Shown: positions 29,943 to 40,353 of the stretch, one piece after another
Numbering within the stretch: the stretch's first letter is position 1
Layout of the letters: each line of letters begins with the position of its first letter
Virus record (IMG/VR): IMGVR_UViG_3300037325_000203
Direction: 5' to 3' (one strand)
Source of the DNA: a virus
Length of the DNA: 64,000 nt
The notes under the pieces: model-generated
Database searches by the model: none
Told to the model about the DNA's origin: nothing
The model's input: only the letters and a program-made list of their open reading frames with translations
Position numbers and translations under genes: made by a program

Positions 29943-30102
29943 AAAATTCCTCATGACGGAACACATCAAACCACCGTCCTCTCGATTATTATACGAGCAC
30001 TCTGTGTAACTAAAATAGTATAGAGCCTTTCGGCACTGCCGTATGTAGTGACAATTCGTTTTTCTGAGCTAATAAGGAAATATAATTTTAATTTTAATAC
30101 GT

Positions 30103-30432
30103 TTATTCTAGATTGTCGAGATGCTCTAGTATAACCCTGTCATATCCATGTTTTACCGCATACTCTATAATTTCTGAAAGAACAATCTCCTCTTCGGGAG
30201 TTGCATACCACAATACCCGTCGCGGATCCACCGCATCAAACCCTGTCAATACTTCTATTGACTTTTCCAAGTAGTCGTTATAGGATATAAATTTTACAGG
30301 ACTATACTCCCCCAAAGCCGCTTCTTGGATATCAGTGTGAGTCACTACTTGAATCGTATTTACTATGTTTCCCTTGCTATCGGCTATAGTGTATTCTGAC
30401 CCTAATGATTCGATATTTGTTGTTTTGTACAT
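30103..30432 (-). CDS. Hypothetical protein
   Basis: ORF with SD. Confidence 0.55.
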   Translation of the reverse strand: MYKTTNIESLGSEYTIADSKGNIVNTIQVVTHTDIQEAALGEYSPVKFISYNDYLEKSIEVLTGFDAVDPRRVLWYATPEEEIVLSEIIEYAVKHGYDRVILEHLDNLE

Positions 30433-30448
30433 ATAGCTGTCCCTGTAA

Positions 30449-31489
30449 TTAAGAAAAGTGGAGGAATTTTGTTTTATTATTGTAAAATCTTTTTACGCCT
30501 ATCATACTTGACAAAATGGCCATGTCCAGAATACCACTCAGGTCCTTCTTGAGTTCGGTCTTCTTGTCTTCATCCAGTTCCCCAGTTATTTTGATATATG
30601 ATGCGTGTATTTGTGTGTGCTCTGCGGGCATCTGACCCAACACTTTTGGAAAAAATGACACTCCGGACTTACCCCGCAAAATTAACTTGTAATCTATGCT
30701 GACTGAGTATTTTTCAGATACAGGATTAATATACATAATGGTATGAAATTTTCTATTTGCAGAATTTACAATGCCTATTAATTTAGCATTAGCATTTTGA
30801 TGAAGCGTTACTTTGTTCTCATCTATAGAATTGGTCGATCCTTTACCCATCAAGACATGAGCGTAATCTGAGAATTCCAATATAGTGACTTTTCGGTAAA
30901 ATACCGAACTTGCAGCACTATTGTTCTGATAAAATGTAGTCAGTGCTAGTCTGGACGATTCTGCCAGATTATAATTAACTACACAGTTTAATGCTCCGAG
31001 ACTTTCTATCTCTTCAACAATTTCGGCCTCAGCGGATTCTGCCAAATTAACATTAACTACCGAACTGTAAAATGTCTCAAACTCAGACCGATACCTAATA
31101 TAGATAGGTTGGTCTACATTATCAACTATCTGAAATGTTATGTAATTCTGGCAAACGAGATATGCCAGGGTAGAAAATATTTCAGGGTCGTACTCATTTC
31201 TCGGATTCTCAGCCAATTCGGACTGATGTTCCATAGAATTAGTAATTAGCACGCTAGGATGATCGTATAGTTCTTTACTAATATAGATCTCATTGCCAGC
31301 TATAGTAGCCACTAATCCCGGTAATGAGGGATCCACAATCATCCGAGCCTTATTATTCTGAATATAGAAACGTTGCTCAAATATATTGCCTAGATCAGTA
31401 TCTTTGTACTTATCCTGTGCAAATGAGTGGTTTAGTTCTGGGTAATAGTTACCAAGGAATGATTTCACCGATATTAAATTTTTCGACAT
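30449..31489 (-). CDS. SufD/SufB-like beta-helix protein, divergent
   Basis: PIYIRY...VNVNLAESAEAEIVE...NYNLAESSRL repeated strand pattern typical of SufBD. Confidence 0.65.
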   Translation of the reverse strand: MSKNLISVKSFLGNYYPELNHSFAQDKYKDTDLGNIFEQRFYIQNNKARMIVDPSLPGLVATIAGNEIYISKELYDHPSVLITNSMEHQSELAENPRNEYDPEIFSTLAYLVCQNYITFQIVDNVDQPIYIRYRSEFETFYSSVVNVNLAESAEAEIVEEIESLGALNCVVNYNLAESSRLALTTFYQNNSAASSVFYRKVTILEFSDYAHVLMGKGSTNSIDENKVTLHQNANAKLIGIVNSANRKFHTIMYINPVSEKYSVSIDYKLILRGKSGVSFFPKVLGQMPAEHTQIHASYIKITGELDEDKKTELKKDLSGILDMAILSSMIGVKRFYNNKTKFLHFS

Positions 31490-31520
31490 TAGTTTCCTGT
31501 ATTTCTACAAAATATTTATC

Positions 31521-31826
31521 TTAAATTTGTTCGAACGTAGCAGTTAGCGGATAACCATTTGCTCTGGAAAGTAGAACTGTTTCGTTAGCCTTTTCTTCTG
31601 CTATTTCGCGTGTATATGGAGAACCAGCAATGCCTTGCCCGTCCACATGAATTCCCGTAGTCACTTCGATAGCATCTTCTACTGTCTTGTGGAAGATCTG
31701 AGTTAACACTAACAGCACAAAGTCAAATGTAGTAGTTTCATCATTATGGAGTATGACTTTGTACATTTTTGGAACTTTAAACTTGACGACTTCTTCGATT
31801 CTATTGATTACTTCAGTATTAGACAT
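31521..31826 (-). CDS. clpS: N-end-rule adaptor ClpS
   Basis: PKMYKVILHNDETTTFDFV...IH..G.G...YT.EIAE.K...YPL. Confidence 0.95.
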   Translation of the reverse strand: MSNTEVINRIEEVVKFKVPKMYKVILHNDETTTFDFVLLVLTQIFHKTVEDAIEVTTGIHVDGQGIAGSPYTREIAEEKANETVLLSRANGYPLTATFEQI

Positions 31827-31852
31827 AGTATTAAACTCCTGTGTAGGTAATA

Positions 31853-31881
31853 AGTATACGCTACCGAGGTCAGTAAGTCAA
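31853..31881 (-). promoter_or_regulatory. Sigma70-type promoter of clpS
   Basis: TTGACT-17-TATACT. Confidence 0.8.
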
Positions 31882-31943
31882 TACACATTACTTGATAGTA
31901 ATGTTATGGGCAAAGTGGATGGATGACGATGCTACACTCATTT

Positions 31944-32270
31944 TTACAGAATATTTTTATTCGATTTACAGGGAAGATGAATATACCCGAGGTAAGTCTT
32001 AAGAGAGTCTTCGGTCAGCCCGCCGAGATTATGAACGTAATATCCTTTGCCGAATAGCGATTTAATATAAATTTTGTTATAGAAGAAGGCTGCGATAACA
32101 CCCGCGACACCGTGTGTAACGACCGCAGCGATAATAATAGCAACAGCCCAGATCCAGTCTTGCCGAAACAACCCCGGGATTCCACTAAAGAAGAATGTCG
32201 TCCAGGAAAATCCAACAGGAGCCTTCTTAACTTCGATGCCGTTAGTCATATAAATTGTCGTGTATGCCAT
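31944..32270 (-). CDS. DUF2628-like membrane protein
   Basis: KKAPVGFSWTTFFF...LFRQDW...FFYNKIYI...GY. Confidence 0.75.
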   Translation of the reverse strand: MAYTTIYMTNGIEVKKAPVGFSWTTFFFSGIPGLFRQDWIWAVAIIIAAVVTHGVAGVIAAFFYNKIYIKSLFGKGYYVHNLGGLTEDSLKTYLGYIHLPCKSNKNIL

Positions 32271-32669
32271 TTTTAGATACCTTTAATAATGTAAAAAACT
32301 AGCAAGGTCAACCACAGTGGGATCGCTTGCTTACTTGCCAGCAGCGAACATGCTGCACCTACTTCAAACCCAATCTTATATAAAATTTTCTTTCTATTCA
32401 CGTCATAACACTCGGTACAGTCTCGCCGCCATCAAGGAGTTTTTATAAACCACCGGGTACAAATTTACACAGTCGATAGCGATGGATCCGTGATTTATGT
32501 TTATACTTCGAAGCCGTTGCATTAGTAGCTGAGGAGATGATAGATGTTTCATACTAACTTAATGGGACATAATTTAGTTTCATTTAACAAATCTGCCGCA
32601 ACAATGACAAGTTTGTGTACTGCACACTAATCACGAAGTGTAACAGCTCGGGTGGCCTATTAAAATAGA

Positions 32670-32695
32670 CAAAAGGCTTGAGATCAAGCCTTTTG
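32670..32695. terminator. Terminator after the bS21 gene
   Basis: CAAAAGGCTTGA-ga-TCAAGCCTTTTG. Confidence 0.8.
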
Positions 32696-32725
32696 CATTT
32701 AGTTGTTAACAATATGTCAGCGTTA

Positions 32726-32986
32726 TCAGTAATTTTTGTCTTTATGCCACTGTCCGGCACCAATCATTTCCTCGACTGTCCTTTCCCATCGCTTACGTGC
32801 CATTTTTATCTTACGCTGCTTTTCCACAGCAGGTTTCTCATAGGACATTCGGTCCTTGACCTCTTTAAGTAGTCCCGAATCTTGCACCTTCTTACTGAAC
32901 ATACGCAAGGCTCTGCCCACGTCGTCATATCGAACCTCTACCATTGTACCTTTGATTTTTCTGCCGTCTCTATTTCTATTACTCAT
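32726..32986 (-). CDS. rpsU: Ribosomal protein bS21 homologue
   Basis: VEV...ALR.F.KKV..SG.L.E.K.R..YEKP. Confidence 0.93.
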   Translation of the reverse strand: MSNRNRDGRKIKGTMVEVRYDDVGRALRMFSKKVQDSGLLKEVKDRMSYEKPAVEKQRKIKMARKRWERTVEEMIGAGQWHKDKNY

Positions 32987-34211
32987 TGTTTGCTCGTTTC
33001 TTTACCGTGTGGACATGTTTTATATTACCAGTTTCGTCGACAAAAATCTTGCCAACACCTTCCTTTGCTAACCTGGGCAGAGCAAATTGCGTAGCCTGTA
33101 GGTCTTTTTCCATGATTGATCGCAAACCCCTTGCACCAATCTTTTGTTTGAGGCATTGTGCTGCCACATTCAGTAGGTATTTATCATCGAAGTCCAGTTT
33201 AACTCCCTCATAATCGAACAAAGCCCTGAATTGTTCGATTATACTGTTTTTAGGCTCCTTTAATACCCGGACTAGCAAGTCTGCTGTAAGATCATCGAAC
33301 ACAACTACAATTGGATGTCTGCCTACAAACTCCGGAATAAGACCATATTTAATAAAGTCATTGGGAGTGGCAGTTTTTATAATATCGGATACCACAAGTC
33401 CTGAACTCAGTGATGCACCGAACCCCATACTGGACTTTGATCTACTTTTACGAATGATTTCTTCCATTCCCACGAAAGCGCCACTAGATATAAAAAGAAC
33501 ATTTTTAGTATCAAATTCAACAGATCCATTGTAATCTTCGATTTCAACTACAGTCCCTTCTATAAGCTTTAAGAGCGACTGCTGTACACCTTCGCCCGAA
33601 ACATCACGGGCCGCGCCCGCTGATTCTGTTTTTTTGCTCTTCTTATCTATCTCATCAATGAAGACTATACCTTGCTGTGCCTTTGCTAAGTCACCATCTG
33701 CGTTATCTACCAGTCTTTTCAAAATACCGTTGGCATCATCACCTACATATCCCGCTTCCGTTAGACTTGTCGCATCTACTATTACATAAGGGATATCAAA
33801 TAGTTTTGCAAGTGTCTTTACTGTGTGAGTTTTTCCGGAGCCGCTGCCACCAATCATCAACAGATTGGACTTGTCAATTTCTGTTTTCGATTTATTGTTA
33901 ATTCTTTTATAGTGATTATAGACGGCAACAGATATTGCAATTTTTGCACCATCCTGTCCTATAACATATTCATCCAAGTGAGCTTTAATTTCTTCCGGAA
34001 CTAGGATTTTCTCTTTTTTCTTCTTTACTGCCTTCGGGGGCTCTTCTGTTTGAAGTATGTCATGTGTAACATCTACGCATTCGTTACAGATATAGATAAT
34101 ATGACCATGGAACTCAGGGCCTTCCACTATCTGATCAACCTGATGCCTGTCTTTGCCACAAAACGAACAGTTAATGATTTTTTTAATTCCCTTATCTTCG
34201 TTTTCAATCAT
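32979..34211 (-). CDS. clpX: ClpX ATPase
   Basis: CSFC...CNEC zinc finger, [28 protein letters not shown] loop, GARGLR. Confidence 0.96.
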   Translation of the reverse strand: MIENEDKGIKKIINCSFCGKDRHQVDQIVEGPEFHGHIIYICNECVDVTHDILQTEEPPKAVKKKKEKILVPEEIKAHLDEYVIGQDGAKIAISVAVYNHYKRINNKSKTEIDKSNLLMIGGSGSGKTHTVKTLAKLFDIPYVIVDATSLTEAGYVGDDANGILKRLVDNADGDLAKAQQGIVFIDEIDKKSKKTESAGAARDVSGEGVQQSLLKLIEGTVVEIEDYNGSVEFDTKNVLFISSGAFVGMEEIIRKSRSKSSMGFGASLSSGLVVSDIIKTATPNDFIKYGLIPEFVGRHPIVVVFDDLTADLLVRVLKEPKNSIIEQFRALFDYEGVKLDFDDKYLLNVAAQCLKQKIGARGLRSIMEKDLQATQFALPRLAKEGVGKIFVDETGNIKHVHTVKKRANNE

Positions 34212-34213
34212 GA

Positions 34214-35488
34214 TTATTGCCTCTTAAACTCGGTTAACCAACCTAGCGCCGTGGGGTATTTATTATTTTTTTGTGGGACGTGCTCATTAATCAGAGTTTG
34301 GACTTCTTTTAGCCTTTCTGGGGAGAAATGGGGCTCTGCGCCCATAAATTCTCTCAGAACTGTAGCGTCATTCATGTATGGAAAGGTAACCTTGGTAGTA
34401 TTACTCGATATTGGATCGGGTGTTTCCAGTATTGATTCGGGTACTTGGTCGCTGATCTTGCCAACCAGATTATCATTTAAGTATGGGAGAGTAACTTCAG
34501 GGGTACTACTTAATGGCAGATCAGGTGCCACTTGTATCGGATCAGGTACCTGGAGATCCGTCGGGATGCCCTCACTAATCTCGCTGATAAAATCACTCCT
34601 ACGCACCCCCACCGGAAGTGTCGAGCCATTCTCCGCTTCTTTATCTTCTTTGCCAGACTCGTAGTTAACGGAGTCATCGGCGGAAGGAACCTCAGAGGAG
34701 TTTGTCGGCGGCCTTGGATGAATATATGCTTTTTCTTTCTCATTTTTTCGCCGAAGTAATGTCTGATTTGCAGCTATCAATAAAAGCACTGCTAGCGGAT
34801 CTAGAGAAGATACAATAATAAGAGTGAATATCATCACGGCTGATTCGATGTTTGTGCGAGTATCTCCTGTATTTCCGTATATAAGCTGAGCAATGTATCT
34901 TAGTGGACCTACATCCAATTCCAGCTTTCTAATTTCAGACCCATATGTAAACTTCTCGTCACTTAATGCGTTGATTCTTTTTTGCGATTCGTACGATGAC
35001 GTTCTGATATCATTTCGTTGCGGGGCTTGGCGATTTCTTATTACCACTGATCTGTCAGCACGGTTACCTCTGATGAGCGAATCTAATGTAGCGTCTAGCT
35101 GTGTAATTATCTTGTCGTTGGCCGCTATTAGTGTCTGTTCCCTCAAAATTTGCTGATCAAGTCTTTCTACTTTAGCAGCATTATCAATTGTGTTCGATCC
35201 CTGCTCCAAATGTAACTTGGATAAGAAACCAAAAACACCGATACTTGTAATCCCCATCAATGCTATCACGAAATAAGTTAATGGAATCTTTAGAAGCCAG
35301 CCAGTGTGCTCCCACTCACGATATAGCCAACTAGCAGTTACTAGTTTTGCGATTTCCGTCGCGACTCCCAGAATAAGGGCAAACACAGGTCCGGCGGCAT
35401 ATATAGTCATAATTCCTATAATAGAAAACCAGCCTGCAACACTAGCCAGTGCTAGGGCGGTAAGTAATGTTAAATAAGGGTAAAACAT
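34214..35488 (-). CDS. Multi-TM coiled-coil phage membrane protein
   Basis: Three N-terminal TM segments, coiled coil, [16 protein letters not shown], disordered tail. Confidence 0.7.
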   Translation of the reverse strand: MFYPYLTLLTALALASVAGWFSIIGIMTIYAAGPVFALILGVATEIAKLVTASWLYREWEHTGWLLKIPLTYFVIALMGITSIGVFGFLSKLHLEQGSNTIDNAAKVERLDQQILREQTLIAANDKIITQLDATLDSLIRGNRADRSVVIRNRQAPQRNDIRTSSYESQKRINALSDEKFTYGSEIRKLELDVGPLRYIAQLIYGNTGDTRTNIESAVMIFTLIIVSSLDPLAVLLLIAANQTLLRRKNEKEKAYIHPRPPTNSSEVPSADDSVNYESGKEDKEAENGSTLPVGVRRSDFISEISEGIPTDLQVPDPIQVAPDLPLSSTPEVTLPYLNDNLVGKISDQVPESILETPDPISSNTTKVTFPYMNDATVLREFMGAEPHFSPERLKEVQTLINEHVPQKNNKYPTALGWLTEFKRQ

Positions 35489-35518
35489 TTAATATTTATT
35501 ATAAAATTTCAGAGTATG

Positions 35519-36730
35519 TTAACTTCGATGTACACCTTTGCTTAACGACTGGCAGACATCATTCTCTATTAAGCTTACTAATCTTTTTGCAGTGGCAGGA
35601 CTTATTGTCCACCCTAAGTGACCGTGCCCTGTATGATAGTACACTCTGGTATCATTTTTACTTTGCCTCACAATGGGCATCATGTCAGGTGTCATAGGGC
35701 GCAGACATGCCCATGACGTGTAGTCATTTGTGTTTATGTCGAAATTACTATGTACCCATTTTAACAATGGGTCGATCCTATCGCGACTAATATCGTAATT
35801 TTCACCGGCCAGCTCGGCAGTGCCTGCAACTCTGAAGCGATTGCCTAAGGTACTAGTCACGATCTTAGCCTCGTCATCTAACAGACTTAATTTAGGAATC
35901 TTTACCATGTCTTTGTCGGCTACGTTAATAGTGATGCTGTATCCTTTTACCGGATATACATCGATACTATCGTTAAATATGGTTGCAAATTTCGAACTAC
36001 CGACGCCGTTGCTGGCGACTATGATATCAAACGATTCTAGATGACTTTTGCTGCTAATTTCTGTATTGAATACGAAGTCGACACCATACTTATGTTCTAG
36101 TATGCCTGCCAACTGTGTACAGAATTTGTGTATATCTCCGGTCCAGTCCTGTTCAGTCCAGGCGCCACCCACAATATCTGAGATATCAGCGAGTGCTGCA
36201 TCCATTTCACGAATTTGGTCGGGATCTAGTAAATCCCACTCGCATCCGTTAGCGTGATACATCTCTCTGATAGCAACAGCATTGGCCCAATATGAATTGG
36301 TCTTATAAATATGCAAAATACCGGAAGCGGATTGATCAAACGACAGCCCTTCCTCTAGTATTATCTGCTTATAAAGTTCTCGAGCTTTAATACCAGTTTT
36401 AATGGTTTCTGCTGTGTTCCTATCTGCATAGCCTCGGGCAGTGACCCATAGAAACTTTGCCATCCACTTAATTCTCGCCCACTCGAACCCAGGCCGAATC
36501 AGCAGAGGTGCATCTCTCTTAAACATCCACTTGATGCCTTTGAATACGTTACTCCATGTATTCCACACCTCGCTATTACTGACGCTAACTTGCCCGCCAT
36601 TGGCAAAACTGGTTCGCATTGCAGGGTGCCTTTCAGCATCGTATACTGTTACTTGATAACCTGCCTTTACAAGGTAATATGCTGCACAGATACCTGTGAT
36701 GCCGGCACCCACAACTGCAACTTTTTTCAT
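35519..36730 (-). CDS. D-amino acid dehydrogenase (DadA-like FAD oxidoreductase)
   Basis: GAGITG, TSFANGGQ, YPVKGYS, WACLRPMTP, GHGHLGWT. Confidence 0.92.
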   Translation of the reverse strand: MKKVAVVGAGITGICAAYYLVKAGYQVTVYDAERHPAMRTSFANGGQVSVSNSEVWNTWSNVFKGIKWMFKRDAPLLIRPGFEWARIKWMAKFLWVTARGYADRNTAETIKTGIKARELYKQIILEEGLSFDQSASGILHIYKTNSYWANAVAIREMYHANGCEWDLLDPDQIREMDAALADISDIVGGAWTEQDWTGDIHKFCTQLAGILEHKYGVDFVFNTEISSKSHLESFDIIVASNGVGSSKFATIFNDSIDVYPVKGYSITINVADKDMVKIPKLSLLDDEAKIVTSTLGNRFRVAGTAELAGENYDISRDRIDPLLKWVHSNFDINTNDYTSWACLRPMTPDMMPIVRQSKNDTRVYYHTGHGHLGWTISPATAKRLVSLIENDVCQSLSKGVHRS

Positions 36731-36731
36731 T

Positions 36732-37253
36732 TTAGATATCCGATAGCAAATCTTCATTCCATTCGCGATGACCTTCGCGAAATGCCATGTTGGCCTGTGT
36801 CTCTCTTACCTCTACTCTGTAGCACCAGAGTCTGGCCGCTTCGCCTGGACCCCAGTTATCCGGAATATATGTACTGTTGACATATTTGTATAGCATATCA
36901 GCAAGACCTTCGCAGCCCAGACGCGGCAGGGTCACTATCTTAGCCATTTTCTTTTGTTGTAACAGTTTATAAGTCTCCATTTCTGGATCGTCTTCAGATA
37001 CAATTAAAGTATGATCGAATTGATCTTCTAAAATCTTTTTTAGGTCCTTAAGTCCGCCATAATCGGCAGCCCAATTGCGAACATCAAGATCATTAGTACC
37101 AAAATAGAATTTCATACTAAAGCTGTATCCGTGTATCATGTTGCAATGACTATCGGAGCGCCATTGTCTGTATGCACAAGGGAATGCATCGATATATTCT
37201 TTAGTCGATGTCCATTTATAAGTTATTGCCGGGTACTGTGTCGAAGTTTCCAT
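36732..37253 (-). CDS. queD: QueD/6-pyruvoyl-tetrahydropterin synthase
   Basis: HC..IHGY, DYG.LK, FDH, VEVRET. Confidence 0.88.
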   Translation of the reverse strand: METSTQYPAITYKWTSTKEYIDAFPCAYRQWRSDSHCNMIHGYSFSMKFYFGTNDLDVRNWAADYGGLKDLKKILEDQFDHTLIVSEDDPEMETYKLLQQKKMAKIVTLPRLGCEGLADMLYKYVNSTYIPDNWGPGEAARLWCYRVEVRETQANMAFREGHREWNEDLLSDI

Positions 37254-37255
37254 GT

Positions 37256-37936
37256 TTAATCCTTACCGATCGACACCAGTCTCATGAACTCTGCTCTGAC
37301 TTGGGCTTCGTTCTTAAAACATCCACCGAGTTTCGAAGTAATGGTACTAGATCCTGTATCTTCTACGCCGCGACTCTTAACACAGGAGTGCTGTGCATGT
37401 ATCACCACTGCAATGTCGTCTGTTTCTAAGATAAATTGAAGTGCATGGTAGATTTGCTCAGTAAGACGCTCTTGAATTTGCGGTCTCTTGGAAAAGTACT
37501 CTACTATACGGTTTATCTTACTAAGCCCCAACACCTTCTGCTTAGGGATATACCCTACTGTTGCAAGACCGTCGATAATAACGAAGTGGTGTTCACAATT
37601 CGACTGAACATTTACTCCGCGCTCTACAACCATTTCGTCGTAATGCATTTTATTATCTACAGTAGTACATTTAGGGAATGCTTCGAAGTCTAATGACCAG
37701 AATATCTCCCCAACGTACATCTTAGCAACACGCCGTGGTGTATCCATTAAACTATCGTCGGACAGATCGAGCCCCAGAGTTTCCATAATGTCACGAAATT
37801 TAGTCTCGATAATTTCTATTTTTTCTACCCTAGATAAGGTATTAGGTTTAACTGGTGTTTCTACGCCGCACGATACCAAATGTTTATGTACTGCCAGGCC
37901 CAGGGCAGGGTCGGTTTTTGTTTTATTGAAGCTCAT
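37256..37936 (-). CDS. folE: GTP cyclohydrolase I
   Basis: DTPRRVAKM, CEHH, GLSK, RPQIQERL, HSC..RG. Confidence 0.97.
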   Translation of the reverse strand: MSFNKTKTDPALGLAVHKHLVSCGVETPVKPNTLSRVEKIEIIETKFRDIMETLGLDLSDDSLMDTPRRVAKMYVGEIFWSLDFEAFPKCTTVDNKMHYDEMVVERGVNVQSNCEHHFVIIDGLATVGYIPKQKVLGLSKINRIVEYFSKRPQIQERLTEQIYHALQFILETDDIAVVIHAQHSCVKSRGVEDTGSSTITSKLGGCFKNEAQVRAEFMRLVSIGKD

Positions 37937-37949
37937 TATTCTTATTCCT

Positions 37950-38136
37950 TGTTATATGTTTAATTAATTCTATAATAAAATTTTGTGCTCCGTATTTTTT
38001 CATGGGCCGGCGCGACGGATACAGAGGGAACTTGGCATCACTTATATGATTTGCCATTCTCTTTTAACTGCGATTTATTGATACCTATATAAATCTTCTG
38101 ATTTATTAGATCGGTGATTTTGTATAATTTATGCAT
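37950..38136 (-). pseudogene. Frameshifted GIY-YIG homing endonuclease relic
   Basis: MHKLYKITDLINQKIYIGI, then shifted KRMANHISDAK...MKKYGAQNFIIELI. Confidence 0.8.
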
Positions 38137-38244
38137 GATAATACCCTCGTAGTACATAGAGTCTTTCGTTTACTCTTAACGCCATTATAGGCGATGACCT
38201 ATAATGGGAATTGTAACCGTTGTGTTACAAAAGTATTTATCTAA

Positions 38245-38577
38245 TCAATCTACATTGTACTTTGATTTTAGGTTCGAAAGATACGTACAATATACCGGTA
38301 CCGGCGGCGACGCAAGCCGGTTGACAGCTCTTATTAGGTCTAAGCAGTCAGCCCTCAGAGACAACATATCCATATTTAATGTCTTGAGCTCCTTCTCGTT
38401 TGCTTTTATCTCTAAAATCATACCAGCAAGTATTCTGGTCTCGGTATTTGTATTTTTTAGTTTTGCAGCAACAAAATCCGCCTTGCACAATTCCTCGATG
38501 TCTTCTGGACTAAGTACCGATAGTAGTTTATCAAGCAATTCAATTTTTTTCAAAGACTCATCATTTAAATATATCAT
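38245..38577 (-). CDS. Hypothetical protein
   Basis: Coupled to thyA. Confidence 0.55.
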   Translation of the reverse strand: MIYLNDESLKKIELLDKLLSVLSPEDIEELCKADFVAAKLKNTNTETRILAGMILEIKANEKELKTLNMDMLSLRADCLDLIRAVNRLASPPVPVYCTYLSNLKSKYNVD

Positions 38578-39425
38578 ACTGCCATCCCTGGTTTATTTTT
38601 TACATCAGGATACGGATCGTAGTTTAAAAGCTCGATATCCTCCCACTGTAATGCGAGAATGTCACTTAGTGTATTCAAGTCTTTGTTAATATTCAGTGTT
38701 GGAAGTGATCTGGGTTTTCTTTCAAGGATTTCCCTGACCATGTCCATTTGATTTTGGTAGATGTGTACATCCCACCCAAAGTACACCAACTCGCCTGGTG
38801 CCATCCCTAAATATTTTGCAAAGATGTGGTTGAGTAGTGCATAGCTGGCGATGTTGAAGGGGAGCCCGAAAGGAACATCATTGCTACGCATGACGAAACT
38901 GCTATTAAGTGTCTTATCGATTACTGAATACATGTTGGTTATGTGACATGGAGGCAATGGCGTCTCGGAGAGTTGTTGCGGATTCCATCCAGTTACTATG
39001 TGTCGTCGAGATCCTGGATCATTTTTTAACCCATCGAGCAATAATTTAATCTGGTCAACGCCATTGGAGACTCCGATGTCACCACCAAAATTTCGCCATT
39101 GATGAGAGTACCCGGCGCCTATACTACCCTCGGGCAGATGGGCGAGGCCTCGAGAATCCAGAAACTCTCTGGAAGTATTACCTTTCCAGATGTTAATATT
39201 CTTGTCTTCTAGGAGTTTTGTATTTGTTTCTCCGCGCAAGAAAAACATTGTTTCTTCGAAGGCAATTCGAAGAGGAACTCTGCGTGTTGTTTGTAAAGGG
39301 AAACTGTCTGCCAGGTCCCATCTTAGCATCCTGCCGAACACCGATCGGGAACCAATGCCGGTACGATCGGGTTTATCTATACCATTATCTAGTATATCAC
39401 GAATTAAGTTGTTGTAATTTTCCAT
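38574..39425 (-). CDS. thyA: Thymidylate synthase
   Basis: DRTGIG, SRRH, LPPCH, RSND..FGLPFN, HIY. Confidence 0.97.
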   Translation of the reverse strand: MENYNNLIRDILDNGIDKPDRTGIGSRSVFGRMLRWDLADSFPLQTTRRVPLRIAFEETMFFLRGETNTKLLEDKNINIWKGNTSREFLDSRGLAHLPEGSIGAGYSHQWRNFGGDIGVSNGVDQIKLLLDGLKNDPGSRRHIVTGWNPQQLSETPLPPCHITNMYSVIDKTLNSSFVMRSNDVPFGLPFNIASYALLNHIFAKYLGMAPGELVYFGWDVHIYQNQMDMVREILERKPRSLPTLNINKDLNTLSDILALQWEDIELLNYDPYPDVKNKPGMAV

Positions 39426-39701
39426 CTATGTCCTATTCTACTGTTTGCACAGTTTACAGCATAGTTATAAGAAAATCAATAGCTTTCAGTAAGTCTTCTG
39501 ACAATGTACTCGGCTTCGTCTATGCATTCGATGAAGTCGCGCCAGGTGGGCGCGGCGCCGCCCCAAACTACAAACTTCTTATAATACGGTTTAAACCATA
39601 TTCGGTTATAATCGTAGTCATACACCGGACAGGATGCAAATCTTTTTATGTATACAGTGCGGCTGGGTACGGCGACACCATGCCTCCAGTTACCTTTCAT
39701 A

Positions 39702-40217
39702 TTATAGCCTATGGAATTCGTGATTCCCCATCCTCAGTGTAGGCTTCTCACCAGCTGCCCAGTTAGGCTGGGCAAGAGTGGGGTTATGGAAATGTGTGGC
39801 TCCACGGGTGATATCCTTCAAATCTCCATTGATTGCTTGTACTGCAATCTTAGTAGAAGTTTCGAACTGAGCGATAGCTTCATGGTTCTCAGAACCATCT
39901 CTTTTTAGCACAGGCACTATTTTGTTTTTTTCGCACGCCCAGGAAAAGGCACAAACTATTTTCTTTGTATTCCTTAATTTAGCTTTCTGTGTTACTACCT
40001 CACATACTGTATCCGGATATCTTCTGTTGTTTACTCTGTTCATTGTGACTAATGCCACTGCTTTTTGTCCTTGTATACCCTCTCCTCTAGCCTCGAAGTA
40101 GATGTTTTTGGCCATGCAATATACTTCATTAGTATCTATCACTGGATAATTGGTATCTATGCCGATTGCTGTCAGAGTTTGCAAAATATATACAAGAAGA
40201 ATTTGTGTTGTCATCAT
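39702..40217 (-). CDS. SleB/Hydrolase_2 cell wall hydrolase
   Basis: CMAKNIYFEARGE, AVA.V.MNRV, FSW, GATHFH, GNH.F. Confidence 0.93.
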   Translation of the reverse strand: MMTTQILLVYILQTLTAIGIDTNYPVIDTNEVYCMAKNIYFEARGEGIQGQKAVALVTMNRVNNRRYPDTVCEVVTQKAKLRNTKKIVCAFSWACEKNKIVPVLKRDGSENHEAIAQFETSTKIAVQAINGDLKDITRGATHFHNPTLAQPNWAAGEKPTLRMGNHEFHRL

Positions 40218-40282
40218 AATGACTTCTCCTTTTAATTAACTAATGTTTTTTAGGTCAGTTATTTAGAACATAAGCTCGATAT

Positions 40283-40311
40283 ATTATATATATCGTAAAG
40301 TGTTTTGTCAA
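40283..40311 (-). promoter_or_regulatory. Consensus sigma70 promoter
   Basis: TTGACA-17-TATAAT. Confidence 0.85.
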
Positions 40312-40353
40312 TAATTGGATAAATAATAGAAATCGGAAAAGGATTACCAAAAC

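Noticed and set aside
283-32315. Shared 10-mer GGTCAACCAC at 283 and 32306 as an att core
   Set aside because: Too short to be significant in 64 kb, it overlaps a TTGACC -35-like box, and no integrase is present in the window.
38574-39425. Intron or modified-base synthase variant of thyA
   Set aside because: The ORF is continuous and keeps the canonical dUMP-specifying Asn (GLPFN).
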